From the NCBI GenBank assembly GCA_046582655.1, contig JAYGDX010000333.1, positions 1-17,489 of the forward strand: a stretch of 17,489 nt of DNA, given 5' to 3'. Shown here piece by piece: positions 8,583 to 17,214 of this stretch. Source of the stretch: Candidatus Poribacteria bacterium (lineage in GTDB: Bacteria; Poribacteria; WGA-4E; UBA9662). Position 1 is the first letter of the stretch, and each line of letters begins with the position of its first letter. The translations under genes and the position numbers were made by a program. The notes under the pieces were generated by a model. It did no database searches. It was not told the origin of the DNA and saw only the letters and a list, made by a program, of their open reading frames with translations.

Positions 8583-8861
8583 TTAGGCTGGCAACTCGAT
8601 TGGTATGCTGATAGTGTCAATTTGCTGTTCTTGGATGAGGTTCAGACTATCAATGACTTCCTGAGAGAAATTAGAGAGTGCATCTTTAATTATCCATTGA
8701 GCCCATTGCATTTCGTTTTGGATGGATTCTTTGACTTCCTTGCCGTTTTGACATGGTTCTTGATTGAGTTTGTTAATGAGGTTATGGAGTTCAACATAAT
8801 GTTTACTAATAATTGAATTTACCTGATCTTTATACTTTTCCAACATGGCATTTTCCGACAT
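8583..8861 (-). CDS. Small helical hypothetical protein (92 aa)
   Basis: Strong RBS AGGAG 7 nt before the ATG; amphipathic/coiled pattern; C-terminal IDTISIPIELPA. Confidence 0.7.
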   Translation of the reverse strand: MSENAMLEKYKDQVNSIISKHYVELHNLINKLNQEPCQNGKEVKESIQNEMQWAQWIIKDALSNFSQEVIDSLNLIQEQQIDTISIPIELPA

Positions 8862-8900
8862 TTCTTTCTCCTAAGTGCAAATTCTATTTTTTCTTCAGTA

Positions 8901-8940
8901 ATATGCTTAGCATATCATCCAACCTCGACATCTGGTGTCG
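8901..8940 (-). promoter_or_regulatory. Putative extended -10 promoter with palindromic operator(s)
   Basis: Minus strand TG-A-TATGCT overlaps the perfect palindrome ATATGCT-N-AGCATAT (8901-8915); second inverted repeat CGACA-N5-TGTCG (8926-8940). Confidence 0.4.
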
Positions 8941-9212
8941 CAAGTCAAAAATAAATTTAAAATTCTCTATCATTATTTGCATTTTTGTGTGATGTAATAC
9001 AAGATACAGACTCAAATTCTCGAGAGACAATTGTGCGGACTTTACTAATTGAAGTGAAATTAGGGAAAGAACTTTAATATACAAGTTTGAAAACACAAGC
9101 CTTTTCATCAAAGCAAGAAAATCGCCTACCTTGAAATCCGAACATGTATTTAAATTAACATTTTGTAAAGGCAAGCTTCTACGAGTTCTGAACCTAAATA
9201 AAAGTATTCTAT

Positions 9213-11426
9213 TTATTCTTCGAATATGCGACCCATCAGTGATTTGACAGGTTGATAGTGTTTAATCAGGATTACCGGCTGATTAGAGTTCTTAGCAATA
9301 CTTTCCGGAATACTGCCAAAGAGTACTCTTGGATAAATGCTGTGACCGCTTGCACCTATGACTATAGCATCGTGGTTTTCTGCTTCCTGAATAATTCCAT
9401 CGCTGACAGAGTTGTGGGTAATAATTTTGCTCTCCGGATTGAAACCGTAAGTTTTCGTTATCCTTGCTACGGTTTGATCTAACCTTTCATTGACTTTATT
9501 AATTCTATCTGTAGCTGCATCCGACGATTCTACGCTGCAGACTGTCAGTGAACCACCCAGAAACCCAATGAGGGAAGCGATGTACTTCTCCGCACGTTGG
9601 GCATGAGCACCACCAGCGGTAGGAAGAAGGAACTTCTGTAACAGCTTATCGCCTGTTAGTTTGATTAACATTACATCTGTTCGTGCGCTGTTTACGATAT
9701 CATCCACCACGGAACCAAGAATCCGTCCAACAGTGGAAGTATGCCCTTTCCAGCCCAGTACAATTAAATCGCAATTCTGCTCGCGAGAGGTTTCTAGCAT
9801 TGCCTGTGCAACATTGCGCCCAACACGTATTAGCGAGGTTATTGGAACTTTATATTGGCGTGCTTGAGAGCGTGCTAGTTCCAGTACCTGCTTTTCCTTG
9901 TCTAAGTAAGCGGCTTCATGATATGCTGGTGTTTGTTCTGATATCTCTACAACCCGCAGAGCAACAATCTCTCCTTGATGTTTGGCTGCTACGGCTGCCG
10001 CCAGCTTTATCAGTTGGTTAACATGGTCTGGGTTAGCCAGGGGAACCAACACCCGAAAATCGCTTTGATTGACCGCTGGTTCTTCCAGAACTACCTGAGA
10101 TGGGGGAGTGGGTGATACAAGTATTTCCAGTTGTCTCACCTTCCATCCCAGAAATATAAACTCGCCTAGCAACAGACAGGCAACTGCGGTAATCACCGGA
10201 AACGGATGGTGGAGGATCTGGCTCAATAAATATAAATTGGTGACAATGGCTATCAAAGGCAATAAAGGTACCAAAGGTACACGAAAAGGCCGTTCCAGAT
10301 CAGGGTATTTCCGACGATGGTATATTAGAGCCGCGTTTACCAAAATACGAGTCAATAACAAGACAGTATTAGCAAAATACGCCAAATCCTCCAAGTTAAA
10401 ACTGAGGATAAAGATTAAAATCATTACGCTAACTGAGATCAGCGCGAAAACAGGCGTCCGGGTATGAATATTGATCTGACCAATCTTTTCCGGCAGATGC
10501 CCAAGGCGGCTCATCGATAAAGCCACTCGCGACCCTGCCATTATCGAGGCGTTGGAAGCTGAAAGCATAGAAAACAAGGCACCTGCGACAATCACAAGAC
10601 CACCAATAGGCCCAAGAAACTGCCTGGCGGCAATACCCAAGGCCGCTTCAGTATATTCGGTCAGTTTGGCGGAAACGACTACCAATACAACTAGTATATA
10701 AAGGAGAGTTACAATTCCCATGGAGATGAAAATAGCGCGCGGTATGGTTTTGACTGGATTCTTGATTTCCCCAGCAGAGGCGGCGATAGCAGAGAATCCG
10801 AAAAAGGTGATAAACACCATGGCCGCTGTGCTACTGATTCGAACAAAATCGGTGCTGAACTTTGCTGCCACGTCGGCGATATCTAAACTGCTCAACCCGC
10901 CAAAAATAAACCAAACCAATAGGATGACTTTACCGATAGTGACAATGATTTGAAAGCTTCCACTTTCTTTGGTTCCTTTGATGTTTAGTAAAGTCAACCC
11001 GGCCAGTATAACTAAACCGGATAGACTTTTGAGAGACATCTCCCAAATAAACTCGTTGAAATAACTCGAAAGACTGGAAAGGTAGAAAGCACAGGAGGAA
11101 GTATATCCCAGGACAAGTGCCCAACCCACAAAATAGGCCAGTGGTGAAGAGAAGGTTTTTCGAGAGTAGAAGTACCCTTCTCCAGATTCTGGATAGATTG
11201 AAACGAACTCACAATAAGTCAAAGCGGTGAAAGTTGCGACTACAGCAGCCAGTAAAAAGGACAAAATAGCGGCTGATCCCACATCTCGAACAGCAAGTCC
11301 TGATAGGGTGAAGATACCGGCCGCTATCATGGTGCCAACGCCGATTGCCAGGGCAGAGGTTAATCCTAAATCGCGGCCTAATTCTGTGTGTATATTGTTA
11401 TTGTTAATTTCAGCTGAATTTTCCAC
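9213..11426 (-). CDS. APC-family amino acid permease fused to two universal stress protein (USP) domains
   Basis: 737 aa. LGRDLGL..GVGTMIAAGIF, YPESGEGY, FITFFGFS..GEIKNP, RPFRVPLVP with about 12 TM segments; then RVLVPLANP..DLIVLGWKG..LGSVVDDIV and DAIVIGA..LFGSIPESIAK. Confidence 0.92.
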   Translation of the reverse strand: MENSAEINNNNIHTELGRDLGLTSALAIGVGTMIAAGIFTLSGLAVRDVGSAAILSFLLAAVVATFTALTYCEFVSIYPESGEGYFYSRKTFSSPLAYFVGWALVLGYTSSCAFYLSSLSSYFNEFIWEMSLKSLSGLVILAGLTLLNIKGTKESGSFQIIVTIGKVILLVWFIFGGLSSLDIADVAAKFSTDFVRISSTAAMVFITFFGFSAIAASAGEIKNPVKTIPRAIFISMGIVTLLYILVVLVVVSAKLTEYTEAALGIAARQFLGPIGGLVIVAGALFSMLSASNASIMAGSRVALSMSRLGHLPEKIGQINIHTRTPVFALISVSVMILIFILSFNLEDLAYFANTVLLLTRILVNAALIYHRRKYPDLERPFRVPLVPLLPLIAIVTNLYLLSQILHHPFPVITAVACLLLGEFIFLGWKVRQLEILVSPTPPSQVVLEEPAVNQSDFRVLVPLANPDHVNQLIKLAAAVAAKHQGEIVALRVVEISEQTPAYHEAAYLDKEKQVLELARSQARQYKVPITSLIRVGRNVAQAMLETSREQNCDLIVLGWKGHTSTVGRILGSVVDDIVNSARTDVMLIKLTGDKLLQKFLLPTAGGAHAQRAEKYIASLIGFLGGSLTVCSVESSDAATDRINKVNERLDQTVARITKTYGFNPESKIITHNSVSDGIIQEAENHDAIVIGASGHSIYPRVLFGSIPESIAKNSNQPVILIKHYQPVKSLMGRIFEE

Positions 11427-11570
11427 TTGTTTGGTTTTAATTTAACTTGCCTTAGTATGGTAGGAACCCTTGTGCTCCATACTGCGCGAACCAAAGGCTT
11501 TATAAGGGTTTATTCCTGTGAAGCAAAACTCCTTCGATACCAAATATTTGGACCAATGCTTTATGAACCT

Positions 11571-13568
11571 TCAGTTATTCCCGTTTGTCCAACCAGGCCA
11601 AGAAGCAATTCCTTGATGAATAGGATTATAAATACAACTTGAATCCGGTGGTGGGGTGTCTTGCGTGTATATGGTTAGTACACCCTGCCAGAAGTGAATT
11701 ACTTCTTGTCTGGCATCACCAAGTACATTGGCAAATGCGATCGTTGGACGGTTCCGATAGTTCGACTCGTTACACCACTCATAGGGTAACTCGACCACTT
11801 TCCGTCCATGCCCATCATAAAGACCAAATCCACGGTATGAACCGATAAAAACCAGTTCCTGACCATCGCCAGTCCAATTAACGGGCCCACTAGGATGACC
11901 GATCGGATCAGGGTGCATCCGATTCAGCCAATTTCCCCGACCATTGACAAAGTTGACAATTCCCATACTTCCCCATCGGTTGCGTCCAGCTAACTCCAGA
12001 CCAGGAAGATCAGAGAAAAAATTACCAATTTTTCCACCTTGTGTGTGACCAATATGATGGGCTGCCCGTAGGTTCCCGGTCATTCCATCCACTACATAAA
12101 CCCCTCCGGAACAAACAAATATGGTGGGATCTAATTCTTCATCTCCAGCCAAGTTGCCGATGACAGCAAAATCGATGTGACCTGCTCCAGCCCGGTTCTG
12201 TATATCGTTAATGGTGTCTTGCATTCGCCAGATCGTTTGACCTTTTGATGAAAGCAACTGGTAGCTGGCTAGAACTTCATCCTTTCCATCACCGTCAACA
12301 TCAAAAAACTGACTACTGAAGGTGTGTCCTAGTCCTGGAGGTTGGCTATCAACTGACCAGATTTCGTTAAACTGATCATCTATTACCATCAATCTTGCTT
12401 GATCTTCATCAAAGGTTGCTGCATCACAATAGCGGATCAATAGATCTCCGGCGATATCCGTACCACGAACATTACCTGGATGGTTGGCCATTCCTGTTGG
12501 CATTACCCATAATTTGTGCCGAATAGGACGTGGGAATAGTGGCGTGTTAACCGTTTCCCCAGTGGAAAGATCTATGATTTCGAAATGGTCATCTTTAATT
12601 TTGATCAACTCTCGGTGACCTTCAGGTGCATCTCGGTATATGGCAACTTTTCCTTCGTACAATGGTTGATTGCGTTCCCATAAAACACGACCTTCAATGT
12701 CCATTGCAATGTTTTTTTCGACGCCATTAGCTGAAGATGTCAACAACATATCCAAATGCGACGTGCCACGCAGATTGGCAAAGGAAATCGAAACAGCGCC
12801 AAAATCATTCAAATCAATTGATGCCACTGGCTTTAACTTAGGGTAATTTGCTCTGATTTCTTGGACTTCTTTCTGGTAAATGTCTCGTAAAATTTTGTGG
12901 TATTGTTGTTGTCCAGGAGTCATTTCAACAACTGCGCTTGCTATTTTTCCCAGTGAGTTTCCACGTAAGCCTACACGCCCTCGGATGTAATGCTTATCGG
13001 TCGCAGTCAAAACGGTATCTTCACACCAGCATCGAAAGTGATTACCAACAGCTTCAACCCCCAATTGATAGTATTGATCGGGATCGATCTCTTTCGGCTT
13101 TTCTGCCAGTACCTGCCATTCTTCGTCATCGCGTCGGTAAAGTACGATTCGCCTTAAGCCTTCCATGGCTAAAAAATAAAAATGACGATGATCTTCATAG
13201 CGAAAGACAATCCCAATCCTAGACTCAGTGCAATTTGGGATATCATGGTATTTGACACAATCGGCGGTCGTCATTCGAAAATTGCCTGAGAGACGAACCT
13301 CACTCCAGAATGGATCGGTCGTCAACAGATACCGAACATGCATTAGCTGCCATTCCAGCACGTTAGCCTCAATCACACTATCGTAAGCAACCTGTAGATG
13401 CGATTTCTGATTGCGGTATCCCCATGGGGTCATATCATTGTACCAACTGGGAAAATATCGGTTTTCTCTGTCCCGATCTGGTGTCCCTGAGTCAAAGTAA
13501 TCTCCCTCGGGTACTGTGCTGGGATCGAAGGATAATACCTTTCGATAAACTATCCGCCGGCCAGACAC
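11571..13568 (-). CDS. DUF1080/ConA-like N-domain + FG-GAP/PL11 rhamnogalacturonan-lyase-like beta-propeller protein
   Basis: IGIVFRYED..YFL..YYQLGVEAVGNHF..DKHYIRGRVGL; Ca-loop DVDGDGKDEV, GHIDF, GHTQ..GNFFSDLPGLE, ANVLGDARQEVI. Start placed at GTG 13568 behind AGGAAG; the longest ORF begins at 13634 without an RBS. Confidence 0.7.
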   Translation of the reverse strand: MSGRRIVYRKVLSFDPSTVPEGDYFDSGTPDRDRENRYFPSWYNDMTPWGYRNQKSHLQVAYDSVIEANVLEWQLMHVRYLLTTDPFWSEVRLSGNFRMTTADCVKYHDIPNCTESRIGIVFRYEDHRHFYFLAMEGLRRIVLYRRDDEEWQVLAEKPKEIDPDQYYQLGVEAVGNHFRCWCEDTVLTATDKHYIRGRVGLRGNSLGKIASAVVEMTPGQQQYHKILRDIYQKEVQEIRANYPKLKPVASIDLNDFGAVSISFANLRGTSHLDMLLTSSANGVEKNIAMDIEGRVLWERNQPLYEGKVAIYRDAPEGHRELIKIKDDHFEIIDLSTGETVNTPLFPRPIRHKLWVMPTGMANHPGNVRGTDIAGDLLIRYCDAATFDEDQARLMVIDDQFNEIWSVDSQPPGLGHTFSSQFFDVDGDGKDEVLASYQLLSSKGQTIWRMQDTINDIQNRAGAGHIDFAVIGNLAGDEELDPTIFVCSGGVYVVDGMTGNLRAAHHIGHTQGGKIGNFFSDLPGLELAGRNRWGSMGIVNFVNGRGNWLNRMHPDPIGHPSGPVNWTGDGQELVFIGSYRGFGLYDGHGRKVVELPYEWCNESNYRNRPTIAFANVLGDARQEVIHFWQGVLTIYTQDTPPPDSSCIYNPIHQGIASWPGWTNGNN

Positions 13569-13649
13569 TATCCGCTTCCTATAAAATTTCTTTTTATGAC
13601 GATTACCCAACTTGTCATGGATTCTGACCCGCACGGTTTGGGACGCAAT

Positions 13650-15083
13650 TTACTTGGTGATTTCCCAGATAATGCTTGATACTGCAAACCCAACATAGAC
13701 TAACGATGCGATACACATCATGATGATACAGATCCAACTTGGTTTGGCAGATTTGGGAAGAAACTTAAGGTTGATGTATAGCGTGAGCGGCACGTAAATT
13801 GCCATGGCGAATCCACCCATGTAGGCTGCGTTCAAGAGAAAACCAAGATCACTTACTCCTTGTTTTTCCATCACGTAGGTTATCAAACAACCAGCCGAAA
13901 TCCATGTGCCTGCTACCAGAAGGTACCACCAGCTCAACTCCCTCTTCTGTGCGCCTTTGATGTTGGTGTAGACAATATCCGAAATCGAGCGGGCGACACC
14001 ATCAATTAAAGCCAGTTGCGTACCAAAGAGCGTTGCCACGCCAACCAGCAGAAAAATGGTTCGACCTGTACCACCCCACACTTCACCCAATATTTGGGCT
14101 TCGTCCCAGATTAGCGTTCCTTTGCTGGGAACAATGCCTTTAGGATGCAAAACGGCAAGCGCGCCGACGATGAAGAGCAGGATAGTAACTGTGTTTAAAG
14201 CCCAGAAAAAAAGAATCTGATCCTTCTTGATGTAATTCCACCATGCTTGGAAACGACTCTGGTTTTCTTCAGTTTCTGAAAAGATAAAACCGGTGGAAGG
14301 AACAGTCTCCGTTCTTCCGCGGAGCGGATTTTGCAGCCCCGGGAGATGTCCACCCATGCCGATATTTTTGTCCCGAAGATAAAAAGTATAAAATAGGTTG
14401 GCTGTCCCACCTGCACCAGCGAAGACAAGTGCAATGAAGAAGGATTTGATCGTCATCCCCGGATCTATATAACCGACATTCACAATACCATGTGCTAAGT
14501 CCTTCCATGTTGCCAAGGATCCAACAGAAATTGCAACCACAATTAAACCAATCGTAACGATGGCCACAAGGAGTTCAACCGTCTTCTCGACAGAATTGTA
14601 GATCATCTTCGGTCCGAAAAGAATAAGCGTCACAGCAGCAAAGGTGATTATGGTCCAGAACGTATCCGTCCCCCAAAACGTATCCGTTCCCCAAGTTGGA
14701 CCAACCAACAGCGCTTTCAGAGCCAAACCTGAAGCACGACCCCAACCGGGAGCAATCCAGCTTAATATCGTTATGAGGATGAAAAGTGGTGCAAAACCAC
14801 GCCAGACACGGCTATAGCCGGTATAAACTGTTTCCCCAGTTGCGACTGTCCAACGTCCAACCTCAAAATTGATCCATAGTTGCAGAAATACACCCAGAAC
14901 TGCCGCCCAGATCATGCTTGATCCAAATTCAGCTACAATCCTCGGCCAAATGATAATTTCACCGGCACCGATTGAAAGTCCGACAAGAATTGCTCCCGGT
15001 CCAGCAATTTTCCAAAATGACAGCTTTTTCTCTGGTAAGTCTGCTGTCTCAAAATCATGCAGGGTTTGATAGATTTTACCCAA
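13650..15083 (-). CDS. NRAMP-like (APC/LeuT-fold) transporter of unknown substrate
   Basis: 477 aa, about 11 TM segments; GPGAILVGLSIGAGEIIIWP, EVGRWTVATGET, FAGAGGTANL. AGGAGG 7 nt before TTG. Lacks the MntH DPGN motif. Confidence 0.8.
   Translation of the reverse strand: MGKIYQTLHDFETADLPEKKLSFWKIAGPGAILVGLSIGAGEIIIWPRIVAEFGSSMIWAAVLGVFLQLWINFEVGRWTVATGETVYTGYSRVWRGFAPLFILITILSWIAPGWGRASGLALKALLVGPTWGTDTFWGTDTFWTIITFAAVTLILFGPKMIYNSVEKTVELLVAIVTIGLIVVAISVGSLATWKDLAHGIVNVGYIDPGMTIKSFFIALVFAGAGGTANLFYTFYLRDKNIGMGGHLPGLQNPLRGRTETVPSTGFIFSETEENQSRFQAWWNYIKKDQILFFWALNTVTILLFIVGALAVLHPKGIVPSKGTLIWDEAQILGEVWGGTGRTIFLLVGVATLFGTQLALIDGVARSISDIVYTNIKGAQKRELSWWYLLVAGTWISAGCLITYVMEKQGVSDLGFLLNAAYMGGFAMAIYVPLTLYINLKFLPKSAKPSWICIIMMCIASLVYVGFAVSSIIWEITK
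14655..14693 (-). repeat. In-frame 18-bp tandem repeat encoding WGTDTF-WGTDTF-W
   Basis: TGG GGA ACG GAT ACG TTT / TGG GGG ACG GAT ACG TTC / TGG. Confidence 0.85.
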
Positions 15084-15120
15084 TTCACTTCCTCCTGACC
15101 AAATGCTAGAGCTAGATTTA

Positions 15121-15204
15121 TCTAGGATGCTGGCAAAACAACGGTCTAGGATGCATAATCAAATTCCGGTTCAACAGCCTATCAATTGGAAAGATAAAAG
15201 TCAA
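15121..15204 (-). promoter_or_regulatory. Putative sigma70 promoter of the transporter operon, with a downstream direct repeat
   Basis: TTGACT (15204-15199)-N17-TAGGCT (15181-15176) with TGn extension; TCTAGGATGC occurs at 15121-15130 and 15145-15154. Confidence 0.5.
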
Positions 15205-15677
15205 GTTAGGATATAATGCTGGTCTCCTTTAGCTAATACGAATTTACTCTCAAAATAATTGAATATTTGTGATGTCGTTTCTATAGCTAACCCAAAGGAT
15301 ATATCTGTAGTAGCTGGTGTTGAAGCAATTTCAAAAAGGCGCATGAGCTAAGGAAGTCTCATGCTAAAACGCTGATATACCTCAGGCAAAATCGCTTCAA
15401 TCGAAAGACAAATTATCTATCGATAATTTTTGTGCTGCTCTTGTTTGATAAATCGTGTGATTTCCTGTTTATGGTTGCAAATCATAGATTGAAGCTGGAA
15501 TATTTCTGTGACGCGTAATCGATTGGCGTAGATCGAGATAAGGGAGATTTTTGAGAAAGGGATCCGTGTCAGAGGGATTTTGCCTTGCAGTAAGCCTAGT
15601 ACTTTCATTGGCGACATATTAGGAAAGTTTGTAGATAAGTCATTCCGTAAGGAATCAAAACAGCCTACATTTTGAAA
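15201..15677 (-). pseudogene. Possible degraded ORF of unknown family
   Basis: One frame runs 159 codons with only two internal TAGs (15419-15417, 15350-15348) in AT-rich DNA; no recognisable motif. Confidence 0.3.
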
Positions 15678-15690
15678 TCATAGGCTTTGT
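15655..15690 (-). terminator. Intrinsic terminator after the saccharopine dehydrogenase-like gene
   Basis: AGCCTAT..GTAGGCT stem (15686-15662) followed by GTTTTGATT, about 25 nt after the stop. Confidence 0.55.
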
Positions 15691-15710
15691 TCATCGTGTT
15701 TTAAATATAG

Positions 15711-16871
15711 TTAGAGACTAGAAACTGAATGATGAACGAAAATTTCCCGTTTTTCCAGTTCTTTAAAGATTTCCTGCGGATCAAAAGCGAACTCGGGAAA
15801 CACCGCACCTGTTGTCTCGGCTCTACCTTTAGCAATCAGTTGTGCTCCAATAGATAATGGGATTCCCACACATCGTGTGTAGGCTCTTAGATTTTCCCAG
15901 CCTTTAACCGATCCGTCGGCAGGCGGATGTGTGTGTGTTAAAATATGCTGTACTTTTTTCCCTTCTTGTTTTCCAATGATTTCAACATGTAAAGCGTAGC
16001 CATAAAGTTTGGTTGTCTTCCCCTCTTTAGACTGTATCAAATATTGCGCGATTACGTCCATGATGCCGATTTGTGTTCCGCTGACTTCAACCTGATCGTT
16101 CCGTAAAAATCCCCAGTCGTACAGAACTCGCAGCAGTTGCATGTTGGGTGGTGGCCAAGTTCCCCTAACCTCAATTCGCCGAACACCCTTATCAACCATA
16201 GATTTGGCCAGTGTTTCTGTTTCCGGATGCGGAATGATGTATTGTAGATGCGCGCCGTAAGGTTCAGGCAAATCGATCATCTTTGGCCGGGCGAAAGGTG
16301 GAACTTGAACAAACTCACCATCTTCATAGACAAGCCGGGAATCCAAATGCGGATCATATTCGACAACCGTTGTTTCAGCGATGGCTGGAGAGAAAGCTAT
16401 GGGACGAAACGCACCATGGCTGATGTAAATTTCTTCGACTGTCTCCAATTTATTCGCTGCATATTTAGCCATCATGTTGGTGATGCCAGGCGTCATTCCA
16501 AACCCGGGAACACAAGTTTTGGCATTTTCCTTAAATTGGGCATCAAATTCCCACTCCTTGCTCATGCCATTCAAATTGATTCCGTGAACACCCGCTTTGA
16601 CAATACAGGCTGTTGATTTTCTGTTAACTGAGATAGGGGTTCCGTCCATCACTACATCATAACCAGACATGATGTCAGTCGCTTTTTCAGAATCGCTGAC
16701 ATCAATTCGAATGAAATCAACACGGGAATCGTCAAGCCATTCGACCACAATTCTCGCTTCTGTCTGATTTGGATCAGCAATGGTAATCTGCTCGAAATCC
16801 GAAGTTTGGATCAGATCGTAGATCGACTCCCGACATATCTTTCCCGCACCACCTAAACACAATATCTTCAA
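15711..16871 (-). CDS. Saccharopine dehydrogenase / lysine 6-dehydrogenase / carboxynorspermidine synthase-family oxidoreductase
   Basis: 386 aa. KILCLGGAGKI Rossmann start, GFGMTPGITNMMA, HPETETL, GAVFPE. AAGGA RBS before TTG. Confidence 0.88.
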   Translation of the reverse strand: MKILCLGGAGKICRESIYDLIQTSDFEQITIADPNQTEARIVVEWLDDSRVDFIRIDVSDSEKATDIMSGYDVVMDGTPISVNRKSTACIVKAGVHGINLNGMSKEWEFDAQFKENAKTCVPGFGMTPGITNMMAKYAANKLETVEEIYISHGAFRPIAFSPAIAETTVVEYDPHLDSRLVYEDGEFVQVPPFARPKMIDLPEPYGAHLQYIIPHPETETLAKSMVDKGVRRIEVRGTWPPPNMQLLRVLYDWGFLRNDQVEVSGTQIGIMDVIAQYLIQSKEGKTTKLYGYALHVEIIGKQEGKKVQHILTHTHPPADGSVKGWENLRAYTRCVGIPLSIGAQLIAKGRAETTGAVFPEFAFDPQEIFKELEKREIFVHHSVSSL

Positions 16872-16911
16872 CTTAATGCATCCTTAATGTTCAATGCCCA
16901 AAACATGACAT

Positions 16912-16993
16912 TTATCCATCCAGACTTTCTACCGATCCTACTACGGTAATCCGATCGTCCAACTGAATGCGTATATACATGAGAAATTAGAAT
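16912..16993 (-). pseudogene. Remnant 3' end of a TrkA-C (RCK_C) domain gene
   Basis: Reads ILISHVY/(shift)RIQLDDRITVVGSVESLDG*, resembling the TrkA-C tail pattern 'lixxhGxTrlxlgDxvtvvGs.esl'. Recognised by eye only. Confidence 0.4.
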
Positions 16994-17214
16994 GCGTAAC
17001 ATCTGTTATTAAATCTAAATTCATAATGGGTAAAACAGTCTTTCTGTATTGAATATCATATGCTATTACAATTTCATTTTGCAAACAAGTAAAAGCACAT
17101 AAAATTGTATGATTGTGATATGATTATAAAGTCCGTTTCCCATGGTGGAAGTCGAGTACAGTCCAGCTTGACGAATGCTTTACTTGTTCACCCCCCGATT
17201 TTGGCTAAGATGGA

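Noticed and set aside
3232..8586. AGTTAG at both edges of the GC-rich block as a possible att/TSD
   Set aside because: Only 6 bp, expected by chance, and no integrase or tRNA nearby.
8884..9174. 96-aa minus-strand ORF
   Set aside because: TTG start without an RBS, no motif, very AT-rich, and it overlaps the predicted promoter of the next gene; probably spurious.
13569..13634. Highly basic N-terminal extension MRVRIHDKLGNRHKKKFYRKRI as a targeting signal
   Set aside because: No RBS at 13634 and no hydrophobic region follows; GTG 13568 has a better RBS.
9252..16616. Numerous short ORFs antisense to or nested in the permease, propeller, transporter and dehydrogenase genes
   Set aside because: Shadow frames of well-supported genes with no independent motifs or RBS.
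17184..17214. TTGTTC-N16-TAAGAT as a leaderless promoter for the PhyH gene
   Set aside because: The -10 box ends only 3 nt before the ATG, too close for a leaderless start; not supportable.
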